Shown piece after piece: positions 10,074 to 20,579 of a DNA stretch of 64,000 nt. Numbering within the stretch: position 1 is the first letter of the stretch; the number at the start of each line of letters is the position of its first letter. The DNA is from an uncultured Bacilli bacterium (GTDB lineage: Bacteria; Bacillota_I; Bacilli_A; RFN20; CAG-449), in contig CANQCZ010000001.1 in assembly GCA_947591215.1 (NCBI GenBank), positions 27,399 through 91,398 on the forward strand, written 5' to 3'. The position numbers were made by a program, and so were the translations under genes. The notes under the pieces are model-generated. The model was given only the letters and a program-made list of their open reading frames with translations, was not told the origin of the DNA and did not search any database.

Positions 10074-11107
10074 TGATAAATTTATATGGACTTACTTTGG
10101 AAAAGCTCGAGGAGCTGATGCTTCTTGAAGGACAAAAAAAATATCGTGCAACTCAATTGTTCACATGGATTTATGAAAAAAAAACGACTACTTTTGATGA
10201 AATGAGCGATGTCTCGAAAAGTTTTCGGGAAGTTTTAAAACAAAAATTTTGCTTGCTGAAACCGAAAGTTTTTTTGCGGCAAAATGCTAAAGACGGCACC
10301 ATCAAACTTCTTTTGGAAATGGCAGACGGCGCAAAAGTCGAAACAGTATTGATGCGTTACAATTATGGTAATGTGATTTGTGTGTCTTCACAGGTCGGAT
10401 GCAACATGGGCTGTTCTTTTTGTGCTTCGGGTTTACTTAAAAAAACTCGTAATTTGACCGTAGACGAAATGGTTGGAGAAGTGCTTTGTGTCAATGATAT
10501 TCTTTTTGAAGAAAACGGAGAACGGGTAACGCACATTGTGGTTATGGGAACCGGAGAGCCGTTTGATAATTATGAAAATGTTATCGATTTTATAAAAATC
10601 GTCAATAATCAGAAGGCTTTTGCAATCGGTGCGCGCCATATCACCGTTTCGACATGCGGCATTCCCGATAAAATCATTCGCTATGGTCAAGAAGGACTGC
10701 AGGTTAACTTAGCCATTTCACTCCACGCCCCTAACGATACTTTGCGTTCAAAATTGATGAAGATCAATCGTGCTTATCCTTTAAAAGTGCTCATTGAAGC
10801 GGTAAAGCAATATATTGCTGATGCTTCGCGGAGAGTGACGTATGAATATATTTTATTGGATGGGGTGAATGATTCTTTAGAAGATGCTGATGAATTGAGC
10901 GAATTAATAAAGCCGACGTTTGCTTATGTTAATTTGATTCCATACAATGAAGTTACCGAAAATGAATTTAAACGTTCCAAAAATGCTAAAGCTTTTATGG
11001 ATCGTTTAATAAAAAACGGGGTCAATTGTACAATCAGAAAAGAATTCGGTGCCGATATCGATGCTGCCTGTGGTCAACTTCGGGCTAAACAGGAGAAAAT
11101 CATATGA
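10073..11107 (+). CDS. rlmN: 23S rRNA m2A2503 / tRNA methyltransferase RlmN (radical SAM)
   Basis: CNMGCSFCASG radical-SAM cluster motif. Conserved position upstream of stp/prkC. Confidence 0.9.
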   Translation: MINLYGLTLEKLEELMLLEGQKKYRATQLFTWIYEKKTTTFDEMSDVSKSFREVLKQKFCLLKPKVFLRQNAKDGTIKLLLEMADGAKVETVLMRYNYGNVICVSSQVGCNMGCSFCASGLLKKTRNLTVDEMVGEVLCVNDILFEENGERVTHIVVMGTGEPFDNYENVIDFIKIVNNQKAFAIGARHITVSTCGIPDKIIRYGQEGLQVNLAISLHAPNDTLRSKLMKINRAYPLKVLIEAVKQYIADASRRVTYEYILLDGVNDSLEDADELSELIKPTFAYVNLIPYNEVTENEFKRSKNAKAFMDRLIKNGVNCTIRKEFGADIDAACGQLRAKQEKII

Positions 11108-11829
11108 AGTGCGTATTTAAAACGGATGTCGGAAAAATTCGCAAGGTAAATGAAGATCAAGCCGTGGTCAAAAAGAATGAAACAGGTGATATCTTGCTTT
11201 TGGTTTTAGATGGTATGGGTGGTCATCAATATGGAAAATTAGCTTCATCAAAAGCGGCAGAGTTTATTGCCAAAAAATTCGAAAAGAAAAAAATTTTTAA
11301 GAATAGTCTTGTAGCTTATCGATGGTTGAAAAATACCATAAAAAATGCCAATCAATTGATCAATAAAATGGGTGAAGAAAATCCGCTTTATCGTGATATG
11401 GGTACGACCGTAGTCGCCGGGTTAATTGTTAAAGATAAACTGGTGATGGCCAATGTCGGTGATTCAAGAATCTATGGAATCAAAGAAAACATCATCCAAT
11501 TGAGCGATGACGAAACCTATGTTCAGTTTTTATATAAAACCGGTAAAATCACTAAAGAGGAAATGAAAACACATCCTAAAAAGCATGTACTGACCAATGC
11601 CCTTGGCACTTATCCATGTATGACTATTCAAATGAAAGTATTTGATCTTAATTTCGACTATTTGTTGCTTTGTTCCGATGGACTTTATAACGAAGTAAAC
11701 GAAGAAAAAATTCTTAAAATATTAAAAGAAGCGGTACCTTTAGAGGAAAAATGCGAAAGATTGATTTCATTAGCCAATAAGTGTGGTGGCAAGGACAATA
11801 TAACGGTTGTTTTATGGGAGGCAAACTGA
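11104..11829 (+). CDS. stp: PP2C-family Ser/Thr phosphatase (Stp/PrpC)
   Basis: MKCVFKTDVGKIRKVNEDQ...LDGMGGH...DNITVV PP2C motifs. Overlaps its neighbours by ATGA. Confidence 0.85.
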   Translation: MKCVFKTDVGKIRKVNEDQAVVKKNETGDILLLVLDGMGGHQYGKLASSKAAEFIAKKFEKKKIFKNSLVAYRWLKNTIKNANQLINKMGEENPLYRDMGTTVVAGLIVKDKLVMANVGDSRIYGIKENIIQLSDDETYVQFLYKTGKITKEEMKTHPKKHVLTNALGTYPCMTIQMKVFDLNFDYLLLCSDGLYNEVNEEKILKILKEAVPLEEKCERLISLANKCGGKDNITVVLWEAN

Positions 11830-12707
11830 TGAAACTAGGCGATATTATTGATGAAAGATATAAGATTAAAACTATATTAGGCGAAGGCGGAATGGCGATT
11901 GTTTATGCGGCAGAAGATCTGATTTCAAAAAAAGATGTAGCAATCAAGATCATCAAAGAAGAAACGATGAAAAATCCGGTTAATTTGACGCGATTTGAAC
12001 GTGAAGCACGAGCGGCGGCAAGCTTAAATCACCAAAATATTGTTCGGGTCATCAATTTAGGGACTCATGAAGGGAGACCCTATATGGTGACCGAACTTGT
12101 CAAAGGTCAAACTTTAAAAGAAGCGTTGAACGTACGCGGCAAATTTTCTTCAATGGAAGCTTGCGATATCATGTATCAGTTGTGTTCCGCGGTTCTTCAT
12201 GCTCACGAACACGGAGTGATTCATCGTGATATCAAACCGCAAAATGTTTTCATTATGGCTGATGGAACTATTAAACTTGGGGATTTTGGCATTGCTACTT
12301 TTCAACATGATGCGCGAATTACTCGAAGCGAAGTAGTCGTTGGTTCCGTCCATTATTTGGCTCCGGAAATTTCTAAAGGTGAATCGCAAGCTTCGCCTCA
12401 ATCGGATGTTTATGCTTTAGGAATCACTTTTTTCGAACTTATTACGGGACGTGTTCCTTTTGACGATGAATCGGCGGTTACCGTGGCTTTAAAACATATA
12501 AAAGAGAAGTTTCCGTCACCGAAAAAATATAATCCTAAGACTCCGGCGGTTATTGAAAAAATAATTGAAAAAGCTTGCCGCAAAGATCCTTCCGATCGCT
12601 ATCAAAGTGCGTTTGAAATGCGCGTGGATATCGAAAGAATTTTGCGCAATCCTTCAATAATTCAAAAACAATCGTTCTTCAAACGATTATTTTCGCATAA
12701 AAAATAA
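11829..12707 (+). CDS. Ser/Thr protein kinase (PrkC-like kinase domain only; no TM or PASTA region)
   Basis: GEGGMAIVY...AIK, HRDIKPQN, DFG, APE Hanks motifs. ATG 11829 overlaps the stp stop (ATGA). The protein ends after the kinase domain (292 aa). Confidence 0.85.
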   Translation: MKLGDIIDERYKIKTILGEGGMAIVYAAEDLISKKDVAIKIIKEETMKNPVNLTRFEREARAAASLNHQNIVRVINLGTHEGRPYMVTELVKGQTLKEALNVRGKFSSMEACDIMYQLCSAVLHAHEHGVIHRDIKPQNVFIMADGTIKLGDFGIATFQHDARITRSEVVVGSVHYLAPEISKGESQASPQSDVYALGITFFELITGRVPFDDESAVTVALKHIKEKFPSPKKYNPKTPAVIEKIIEKACRKDPSDRYQSAFEMRVDIERILRNPSIIQKQSFFKRLFSHKK

Positions 12708-12709
12708 AA

Positions 12710-13567
12710 ATGGAAGGTAAAGTTTTAGCGGTAAGCGGTGGAATTTATCGCATCTTAAATAGTCAAAAAACGATCATTACTTGCAAACCACGAGGAATCT
12801 TTCGTCATCACAATAAAAAACCATTGGTTGGCGATCAAGTAATCCTTGATGATGAGAATATGATCGTTCAAATTAAGGAGCGGAAAAATGTCCTTATTCG
12901 TCCTACTATTGCCAATCTTGATTTTGCGTTTGTAGTGACATCTTTAAAAGAACCGGATTTTTCATCTTTGTTACTCGATAAGTTTCTATCGATGCTTTCT
13001 TTAAATAATGTTGAAACCGTGATTATTCTCAGCAAATATGATTTAGTTAAAGAAGATAATATCGCTATGATAGTGGATTCTTATCAATCGTTAGGTTATA
13101 AAGTAATACGATATAGCAAAAAGACGCAGGAAGGCCTAAAGGAAATAAAGGCGATGATGAAAGATAAAACCGTCGCTTTCATCGGGCAGACCGGAGTGGG
13201 AAAATCCAGTTTAATCAACCTTATTGATCCAAATTACAATCGAGCCGTGGGAGAATATTCCTTAGCTCTAGGTAGAGGTAAGCATCAGACTAAAGAAGTG
13301 GTGATTTTTCCTTACGGAGAAGGATATTTAGCGGATACGCCAGGTTTTTCTTCATTGGAATTACAATGCTTTAAAGAAGATTTGGCGAGATGCTTTCCAT
13401 CATTTTCTCATTATGTTAATGAATGTTATTTTACCGATTGTTTGCATCAAAATGAAAAGAACTGCAAAGTTAAAGAACATTTGCAAAGCGGAAAGATCTC
13501 AAAAGAACATTATCAAAATTACTTAACTTTACTTAAAGATTTACCATATAGAAAGGATCGTTATTAA
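12710..13567 (+). CDS. rsgA: Ribosome small-subunit biogenesis GTPase RsgA (YloQ/CpgA)
   Basis: Circularly permuted GTPase: G4 before G1 (GQTGVGKSSLIN) and a C-terminal Cys zinc cluster CYFTDCLHQNEKNC. Confidence 0.85.
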   Translation: MEGKVLAVSGGIYRILNSQKTIITCKPRGIFRHHNKKPLVGDQVILDDENMIVQIKERKNVLIRPTIANLDFAFVVTSLKEPDFSSLLLDKFLSMLSLNNVETVIILSKYDLVKEDNIAMIVDSYQSLGYKVIRYSKKTQEGLKEIKAMMKDKTVAFIGQTGVGKSSLINLIDPNYNRAVGEYSLALGRGKHQTKEVVIFPYGEGYLADTPGFSSLELQCFKEDLARCFPSFSHYVNECYFTDCLHQNEKNCKVKEHLQSGKISKEHYQNYLTLLKDLPYRKDRY

Positions 13568-14226
13568 TGAAAAGAAATATCGCTGTTGCTCCTTCAATTT
13601 TAGCGGCTGATTTCTGGAACTTAGAACAAGAAATCACCCGTGTCGCAGAGACTGAAGCTACTTATTTACATTTTGATGTAATGGATGGTCACTTTGTTAA
13701 CAACATCAGTTTTGGTGTTCCGGTTTTGAAAGCCATCGCCAAGAAACATCATTTGATTAATGATGTTCATTTGATGATTGAAAACGTCGCCCGATATTTA
13801 GATGCTTTTATGGACGCAGGAGCCGATATCATCACTTTTCATCTTGAGGCGGTTAATGAAGACGAGATTGAAAAATTAATTTTAAGAATTCACGAACGAG
13901 GATTAAAAGCAGGAATTTCATTGAAGCCCAAAACCGCTGTAAAAGAGATTTTACCATATTTAAATCAAATTGATTTGGTCCTTGTAATGTCGGTTGAACC
14001 GGGTTTTGGAGGTCAAAGTTTCATTGAAGAATCTTTGAATAAAATAAGTGAGTTAAGAGAATTCATCGATAATCACAACTTATCGTGTTTAATAGAAGTT
14101 GATGGTGGAATCAACGATATGACGGCTCCAAGGTGCATTCAACGCGGCGCAGATATATTAGTCAGCGGTTCGTACATCTTCGGTGCTAACAATATAAAAG
14201 AAAGCGTTAAAAAATTAATCAAATGA
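13567..14226 (+). CDS. rpe: Ribulose-phosphate 3-epimerase
   Basis: MKRNIAVAPSILAADF...HFDVMDGHFV...VDGG conserved Rpe motifs. Confidence 0.9.
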   Translation: MKRNIAVAPSILAADFWNLEQEITRVAETEATYLHFDVMDGHFVNNISFGVPVLKAIAKKHHLINDVHLMIENVARYLDAFMDAGADIITFHLEAVNEDEIEKLILRIHERGLKAGISLKPKTAVKEILPYLNQIDLVLVMSVEPGFGGQSFIEESLNKISELREFIDNHNLSCLIEVDGGINDMTAPRCIQRGADILVSGSYIFGANNIKESVKKLIK

Positions 14227-14837
14227 AAAGAGTAATTATTGTAACTGCTTTTTCAAGCGAGCGATTAATTGATCAATATCGTGACTTTCCTTTTATCGCG
14301 GTTGAAGGCGGTGTTGAAAAATTAACTAAAAAAGGTATTGTTCCTTTTAAAGTAATCGGGGATTTTGATAGTTATGATCTTTTGAACGTTTATCAAGTTG
14401 TAAAAAAAGATCGAGTTACGATATTGCCTTCAAATAAAGATTATTCAGATTCGGAGATGGCCATAACTTTAGCGCAAAAGTTAAATTTTGACGAAGTGAT
14501 AATCCTTAATGATTTTAAGGGTCGTTTTGACCATATTTATAGCCTTGTATTGTGCTTAAAAAAATATTATCCGCTTAAAATTTTTCTTGAAGATGATCAC
14601 AATCGTCTTCGTTATTGGCCTAATGGCGAATATCGATTAAAAAAGGAAAATTATCGTTATTTTGGAATTTTTGCTTTTCCAAAAGCTAACATCACTTTAT
14701 CTAGTGTCGCGTATCCTTTAAAAGAACGAGAAATAAATTTTGACGAAACCTTGGTCTTATCAAATGAAATCAAAGGAGAGTGGGCTTCTATAATTGTAGA
14801 AAGCGGCGGAGTCCTTTTGATAGAAAGCAGAGATTAA
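14223..14837 (+). CDS. Thiamine pyrophosphokinase
   Basis: KVIGDFDS motif and the conserved position after rpe. Confidence 0.75.
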   Translation: MKRVIIVTAFSSERLIDQYRDFPFIAVEGGVEKLTKKGIVPFKVIGDFDSYDLLNVYQVVKKDRVTILPSNKDYSDSEMAITLAQKLNFDEVIILNDFKGRFDHIYSLVLCLKKYYPLKIFLEDDHNRLRYWPNGEYRLKKENYRYFGIFAFPKANITLSSVAYPLKEREINFDETLVLSNEIKGEWASIIVESGGVLLIESRD

Positions 14838-14839
14838 CT

Positions 14840-15484
14840 ATGGTTATTTTATTTAATGGTATTGTAACTTGTCTAATTTTAGTTTCGATGATGCTTATTG
14901 GAATTCTTAATTATCGTCAAACGGAAAAGAAAAATTTTAATTTTTTGAGATGTTTTCCTTTTGAATTACAAAACAATCCAGGATTTCATTTTAATTTTGT
15001 TTATCGAATGGTAATGGCGCTTTTTTCCGGAAGTGTAGTCTTATTTGCTTTTAACGTGTTTGTTTTTCCGCTTGTGATTAAACAAGCTTATGTGGAAGCA
15101 GTGCTTATCGTTTTGACTGTGCTTTTTTGGATGGCAACTTTTATGGTCGATTTTCGCCAATATCGTTTGCATTTTATCGCCAGCAGTTGCTATATGGTGT
15201 TACAATTGTTTGATTTTCTTTTTTTAGGATACTATGTCCTTATTGATCCATATCATATTTTTGATATTTCATTGGCGGTTGTATCTTTTGCTATCGGGGG
15301 CTTTTTACTGATTATTCTTATCGTTCCTTTGTTGAGTGAATGGTGGAAGCTTGAAAGAAACAAAGAAGGAGATACAGAAACACTGAACAGAAAAAAATAT
15401 AATCTTTATGCGATAAGCGAATGGATATATTTTATTTTTACGGAAATATTTATTGTGATTTTGACGATTTATAGTTTGGTATAA
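14840..15484 (+). CDS. Polytopic membrane protein, unknown function (5-6 TM)
   Basis: ATG 14840 follows the thiamine pyrophosphokinase stop. Highly hydrophobic. Followed by a bidirectional terminator. Confidence 0.5.
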   Translation: MVILFNGIVTCLILVSMMLIGILNYRQTEKKNFNFLRCFPFELQNNPGFHFNFVYRMVMALFSGSVVLFAFNVFVFPLVIKQAYVEAVLIVLTVLFWMATFMVDFRQYRLHFIASSCYMVLQLFDFLFLGYYVLIDPYHIFDISLAVVSFAIGGFLLIILIVPLLSEWWKLERNKEGDTETLNRKKYNLYAISEWIYFIFTEIFIVILTIYSLV

Positions 15485-15486
15485 AA

Positions 15487-15512
15487 AAAGTTAGCCGATC
15501 GCTAACTTTTTA
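15487..15512. terminator. Bidirectional rho-independent terminator between the membrane-protein gene and rpmB
   Basis: A-run, then AGTTAGC-CGATC-GCTAACT hairpin, then T-run. Confidence 0.7.
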
Positions 15513-15522
15513 AATTACTTAA

Positions 15523-15717
15523 TTATTGAGCCTTTTGTGTTTTGTTTAGGGTCTTAATCGCGCGGGCAGACATTCTAACTGTCATGACGCGGCCGTCAAC
15601 TTCGACTTTAACGCGCTGTAAGTTAACATTCCATCTCCGGCGGGTCGCGATTAAGGAGTGGGAGCGCTTATTGCCACTAAGTGGTCCTTTTCCAGTAACT
15701 GGACAAACTCTTGACAT
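15523..15717 (-). CDS. rpmB: 50S ribosomal protein L28
   Basis: MSRVCPVTGKGPLSGNKRSHS...NLQ. is the L28 signature. RBS AGGAGG upstream. Confidence 0.9.
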   Translation of the reverse strand: MSRVCPVTGKGPLSGNKRSHSLIATRRRWNVNLQRVKVEVDGRVMTVRMSARAIKTLNKTQKAQ

Positions 15718-16040
15718 TCTTCATACCTCCTTAAAATTTGATACGTCAGTTTCGCATACTTTGATAGTTTATCATTAAATATTTTATTATGCAAATCTTT
15801 TCAATTAACTTTTCTAAATAATCGCCAAAAAATTGATTTATTGAAAAAGATGATTAAATAAATGCTTTTTAAAGTTATAGAAATTTTATAATTAAATTGA
15901 CAAATGACATATAATACTAATAAAATAAATTTGCGTGTAAGCTTTTAATAAGAATTTATGCTTTTAAAAGACCATGCTTTCAACTCAATACGTTTTTAAG
16001 AGTGGGAAAACCCGCTCTTTGTTTTTTAGGAGGATATAGA

Positions 16041-16511
16041 TTGAACGAATTCTTAGAAAAAATAAAAAGAGAAATCGAGCCTTTAATCGAGCAAGAGAAC
16101 TTAAAGCTTGATTATCTTAATTATGTAAAAAGAGGCAAAGATTTTTACTTGGAAGTATATGTTGAAAGCGATGATCGGACGGTTGATTTTGATGAAATTG
16201 TAAAAATCAGTGGGATTATTTCTTCTAAACTGGATGAGATCGATTTAATTAAAGATAGTTATTATCTTGATGTTTCCACTTCGGGAGCTGAAAAAGAAAT
16301 TAAAGATCTAAGCAAATTACCACAATATCTAAACCGGTATATGCGGTTTAAACTTCAAAATCCGGTTGCAGGACAAAATCTTTTAGAAGGTGTTTTGGTG
16401 GCTATCGACGATGAGCGATTGACCATCGAATATAAAGTTAAAGCACGAACTAAAAAAGCAGTAATTGAATTAAAGAACATTTTAAAAGCTAATTTGGCTG
16501 TAAAACTATAG
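16041..16511 (+). CDS. rimP: Ribosome maturation factor RimP
   Basis: RimP-like sequence directly upstream of nusA. RBS AGGAGGA is 8 nt before the in-frame TTG at 16041; the ORF track's ATG 16002 lacks an RBS. Confidence 0.8.
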   Translation: MNEFLEKIKREIEPLIEQENLKLDYLNYVKRGKDFYLEVYVESDDRTVDFDEIVKISGIISSKLDEIDLIKDSYYLDVSTSGAEKEIKDLSKLPQYLNRYMRFKLQNPVAGQNLLEGVLVAIDDERLTIEYKVKARTKKAVIELKNILKANLAVKL

Positions 16512-16525
16512 GAGGAAAAAATAAA

Positions 16526-18136
16526 ATGTTAGATGTCAAAGGATTCCTTAGCGCTATTTCTTCTTTAGAAGATGCCGGAATTCCAAAAGAGGTGACTCTC
16601 AACGCTTTAAAAGAGTCGTTTGAAAGTATCATTAAAAAGAAAAATTACGAAGATTCAGTGGTAAAAGTCGACATTTTACCGGAAGAAGGTCGCATCGATA
16701 TCTTTAATATCAAAAAGGTTGTTGAAGATGTCGAAGACGATAATCTTGAAATTTCTTTAGAAGATGCTTTGCTTGTCGATCCAAATACTAAGGTCGGTGA
16801 AGAAGTTGCTCTTAGAATCGAAGTCGATTCTTTTTCTAAAGCCGATGCGATCAAATTCCAATCGATTTTTAAGCAAAAGATTAAAGAAGCCGAAAAAGCA
16901 CAAACTTATGCTCAATTTATCGATAAAAAAGGTGAATTAATCACCGGGTATGTTGAAAAAATAGAGCAACGCTATACGATTTTGTCGATTAATAACAAGA
17001 CTTCTGTCAGTTTAGCCGACAATCATAAAATCGGTGATGAAACTTTCACGATCGGACAACCGGTACGACTTTATTTAGCGGAAGTTAATTCATCATCTTC
17101 CGGACCGCATCTATTTGTTTCGCGCTCGGACCCGGGATTTTTAAGAAGATTATTTGAAGAAGAAATTCATGATATATACGATGGAACTGTCGTCATTAAA
17201 GATATCGCTCGTGAAGCCGGCGAAAGAAGTAAAGTTTCGGTATATAGCAACGATCCCAATGTTGATCCGATCGGTTCTTGTATTGGACAAGGCGGTACAA
17301 AGATACAGAAGATTTGTTCACAGCTCAATCATGAAAAGATCGATATCGTTGCTTACCATCATCATCCGGGACTTTTTATTGCGGAAGCATTAAAACCTGC
17401 TCAAGTGATCGGTGTTGAAATCAATGAAAAAGAGCACAGCGCAGTTGCAGTCGTCAATAACGGCGAATTGCGAGTTGCAATCGGTAAAAAAGGTGTTAAT
17501 GCACGCTTGACCGTCAAACTTACCGGATGGAAAGTTGACATCAAAGAATTAGATGATGCATTAGCTTCAAATATCCATTATAAAACTATCGACAATATGG
17601 AAACTGAAGAAAAAATTATGATTTTTGATGAGCAACTGAAAGCTAAAGAGCAAAAAATTGAAGTGATTGAAGAAAAAGAACAAGTTCAAGGGGCAGAAAA
17701 TGAAGAAGCAGTCGCTCCTGAAGTTGAAGATTTCGCGGTGGTTGAAGAAGAACAAGAATCGGAAGAAGAAACGCCAAGTGAAAAGATTGAACAACAAAAT
17801 GAAGAAGAAAAACCATTTGTTTTAAAACCGGTACAACCTTCATTCTCTCTTGCTGATTTTGAAAAGGAGATTGAAGAAGAAAAGAAACGTAAAAATTCGC
17901 AAACTCCTAGAAATTTCAAGAAAAACACCAAAAAAGAAGAACCTGTGGAAGAAAAACCTGAAGAAGTCGTCAAAAAAGTCGATCCAAGCAAATATATGGA
18001 CATTTACACTGAAGACGAATTGAAGGCCATGGAAGAAGAAGAGGAAGAAGAATCCTTATATGAAGACGAAGAAATCGATTACGATGAATTCGCAGATTTC
18101 TATGAAGACGATAAAGTGACAAACAGAAAGAGGTGA
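16526..18136 (+). CDS. nusA: Transcription elongation factor NusA with an unusual acidic (Glu-rich) C-terminal extension of about 180 aa
   Basis: NusA N-terminal, S1 and KH (GIGSCIGQGG...) domains. The sequence then continues with EEKEQVQGAENEEAVAPEVEDF...EEEEEEES... instead of AR1/AR2 repeats. Confidence 0.9.
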   Translation: MLDVKGFLSAISSLEDAGIPKEVTLNALKESFESIIKKKNYEDSVVKVDILPEEGRIDIFNIKKVVEDVEDDNLEISLEDALLVDPNTKVGEEVALRIEVDSFSKADAIKFQSIFKQKIKEAEKAQTYAQFIDKKGELITGYVEKIEQRYTILSINNKTSVSLADNHKIGDETFTIGQPVRLYLAEVNSSSSGPHLFVSRSDPGFLRRLFEEEIHDIYDGTVVIKDIAREAGERSKVSVYSNDPNVDPIGSCIGQGGTKIQKICSQLNHEKIDIVAYHHHPGLFIAEALKPAQVIGVEINEKEHSAVAVVNNGELRVAIGKKGVNARLTVKLTGWKVDIKELDDALASNIHYKTIDNMETEEKIMIFDEQLKAKEQKIEVIEEKEQVQGAENEEAVAPEVEDFAVVEEEQESEEETPSEKIEQQNEEEKPFVLKPVQPSFSLADFEKEIEEEKKRKNSQTPRNFKKNTKKEEPVEEKPEEVVKKVDPSKYMDIYTEDELKAMEEEEEEESLYEDEEIDYDEFADFYEDDKVTNRKR

Positions 18137-18143
18137 TTGATCG

Positions 18144-18410
18144 ATGAAAAAAATCCCACTCCGAAAATGTGTGGCGACGCAAGAACAATTACCGAAAAGT
18201 GAATTGATTCGCATCGTTAAAAACAACGAGGGTCAAGTCTTTATCGATCCGACCTCTAAAGCCAATGGTCGCGGTGCTTACTTAAAAAAAAGTTTAGAGG
18301 CAATTGAATTAGCACAAAAACGAAAAGCGTTAGACCGGGCTTTAGGCGTTAAAATTGATGATGAGTTATACGAGAGGTTAAAACTTTATGTTAACTCAAG
18401 CAAAAATTGA
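18144..18410 (+). CDS. ylxR: YlxR/RnpM (DUF448) RNA-binding protein
   Basis: KIPLRKCVATQE...GRGAYL DUF448 signature and the conserved nusA-ylxR-ylxQ-infB order. Confidence 0.8.
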   Translation: MKKIPLRKCVATQEQLPKSELIRIVKNNEGQVFIDPTSKANGRGAYLKKSLEAIELAQKRKALDRALGVKIDDELYERLKLYVNSSKN

Positions 18411-18699
18411 CGCTTTAATCGGTTTTGCGATTAAAGCCCGACGCATTGCTTTAGGAGAAACTATTCTGATTAAAGCTCGCGAAGGAAAATGTCGTTTAGT
18501 CCTCTTGGCTAATGATGCATCGGAAGGTACACAAAAAAAATTCTTAGACAAATTAGGGTATTATCAATGTTCAACGCTTACGTACGGAACTAAAGAATCT
18601 CTGGGAAACTTGCTTAATAAAGAGGCGGTTTCGGCACTTGCGATCTTGGATAACAACATCGCTAAACAAATTGAAAAAATTGCAAAGGTGGGTGATTAA
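18388..18699 (+). CDS. ylxQ: L7Ae-family RNA-binding protein YlxQ
   Basis: KARRIALGE...LVLLANDASE L7Ae fold motifs. Conserved position before infB. Confidence 0.75.
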   Translation: MLTQAKIDALIGFAIKARRIALGETILIKAREGKCRLVLLANDASEGTQKKFLDKLGYYQCSTLTYGTKESLGNLLNKEAVSALAILDNNIAKQIEKIAKVGD

Positions 18700-18701
18700 A
18701 A

Positions 18702-20579
18702 ATGGCAAAAAAGAACAATTATGGTAACAAAAAAAATCAAGGCAATCAACAACGTGTCTCCAATTTGCCACACTACAACAACAATAAGAAGAACAAGGCT
18801 CCTTCAAACGTAATTACAGGAGGTGTTTTTCATTACTCCGGTATGATGACCGTGAGCGAATTAGCAAAAGAGTTGGGACTCAATGCGACTGATATCATCA
18901 AGTATCTCTTTATGGAAAGAAAATTGATGACGAATCTCAACACTACCCTCGATGATGAACTGATCGGAGAGGTTTGCTTGAATTGGAATTTTGACTTTAA
19001 AAAAGAAAAAATCGTCGATTTCGAAAACTTTGAAGAGTTGGAAATTGTCGACGATGCTAATGATCTTGTCGAAAGACCGCCGATTGTCGTAATCATGGGA
19101 CATGTCGATCATGGTAAAACAACTTTGATCGATACCATCAGGGATTCGCATATCGCCGAAGGTGAAGTGGGTTTAATCACGCAACAAATCGGGGCGTATC
19201 AAAAAGACGTCAATGGTAAAAAAATCACATTCTTAGATACTCCAGGACACGAAGCCTTTACGGCTATGCGCGCTAGAGGAGCTTCGATTACCGATATCGC
19301 GATCATCGTGGTTGCCGCAGACGATGGAGTCATGCCTCAAACTAAAGAGGCAATCGATCATGCTCGGGCGGCCGGTGTCAAAATCATCGTTTGTATCAAC
19401 AAGATCGATAAACCGACTGCAGATGTCGAAAGAGTGAAGGCCGAATTGGCTCAAGAAAATATCATCTCCGAAGAGTGGGGTGGCGATATCATTTTCAAGG
19501 AAATTTCCGCCAAGAAAAAGATCGGAATCGACGACCTTTTGGAAACGATTCTTTTAGTAAGCGAAATCGAGGAATACAAGGCTAATCCTAAACGTTACGC
19601 TTTAGGCACAGTCATCGAAGCTTCGCTTGATCGTAACGAAGGACCTAAAGCGACGGTTTTAGTGCAAAACGGAACTTTGAATGTCGGAGATTCGGTGGTG
19701 GTAGGCACTGCTTTCTGTAAAGTTCGAAAGATGGTCAACGAATACAAAAAATCGCTTAAAAGTGCCGGACCTTCGACACCAGTTGTCATTACCGGACTTG
19801 ATGAAGTGCCGATTGCCGGCGATCGTTTCATGGCTTATAGCAATGAAAAAATCGCACGTGAAGTGGCTGAAAAGCGTAAACTTAAGGCTCGTAGTCAATC
19901 GATGAAAAATTCAGCGGCTCTATCGCTTGAAGATCTTTACAGTCAAATTCACGAAGGGGAAATTTCAAAGATTAACATTGTTCTTCGCGCTGACTTACAG
20001 GGTTCGGTAGAAGCGGTAAAATCAGCCTTAGAAAAAATTTCAATCGAAGGTGTAAAAATAAATATCATAAGAGCGACGGCCGGTGCCATCACCGAAAGCG
20101 ATGTTTTACTTGCGTCGGCATCGCAAGCTATCATCTATGGTTTTAATGTACGACCGGATGCTAAAGTCAGAGCTAAAGCTCAAGAAGAAAAGGTTGAGAT
20201 TCGTTTGCATAGTATCATCTACGCCTTGATAGAAGAAATCGAAGCGGCGATGAAAGGTAAACTGAAACCAATCGAAAAAGAGGTCGTTTTAGGACAAGCT
20301 GAAGTGAGAAATCTTATCAAAATTTCAAAAGTTGGTGTAATTGCCGGATCCTATGTAACTGAAGGAATCATCAAACGCGATTGCCTTGTACGACTAATAA
20401 GAGATGGTGTTGTCATCTACACCGGTAAACTAGGAAGCCTTCGTCGCTTTAAGGATGATGTAAGTAAAGTTAACCAAGGCTTTGAGTGTGGTTTAACGAT
20501 CGCCGATTACAATGATTTAAAAGAAGGAGACATTGTTGAAGCGTATGAATTACAAGAGGTGAAAGCTGATGGCCAATAA
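18702..20579 (+). CDS. infB: Translation initiation factor IF-2 (short N-terminus form, 625 aa)
   Basis: [13 protein letters not shown]1, DTPGH, NKID G-domain motifs. Confidence 0.9.
   Translation: MAKKNNYGNKKNQGNQQRVSNLPHYNNNKKNKAPSNVITGGVFHYSGMMTVSELAKELGLNATDIIKYLFMERKLMTNLNTTLDDELIGEVCLNWNFDFKKEKIVDFENFEELEIVDDANDLVERPPIVVIMGHVDHGKTTLIDTIRDSHIAEGEVGLITQQIGAYQKDVNGKKITFLDTPGHEAFTAMRARGASITDIAIIVVAADDGVMPQTKEAIDHARAAGVKIIVCINKIDKPTADVERVKAELAQENIISEEWGGDIIFKEISAKKKIGIDDLLETILLVSEIEEYKANPKRYALGTVIEASLDRNEGPKATVLVQNGTLNVGDSVVVGTAFCKVRKMVNEYKKSLKSAGPSTPVVITGLDEVPIAGDRFMAYSNEKIAREVAEKRKLKARSQSMKNSAALSLEDLYSQIHEGEISKINIVLRADLQGSVEAVKSALEKISIEGVKINIIRATAGAITESDVLLASASQAIIYGFNVRPDAKVRAKAQEEKVEIRLHSIIYALIEEIEAAMKGKLKPIEKEVVLGQAEVRNLIKISKVGVIAGSYVTEGIIKRDCLVRLIRDGVVIYTGKLGSLRRFKDDVSKVNQGFECGLTIADYNDLKEGDIVEAYELQEVKADGQ

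Noticed and set aside
17567-18188. Several minus-strand ORFs (66-105 aa) within the nusA 3' region
   Set aside because: Reverse-frame artefacts of the GAA/GAG-rich acidic tail. The Phe/Leu/Ser-rich translations are not plausible proteins.
18833-20134. Minus-strand ORFs inside infB
   Set aside because: Antisense to a highly conserved IF-2 G-domain gene.
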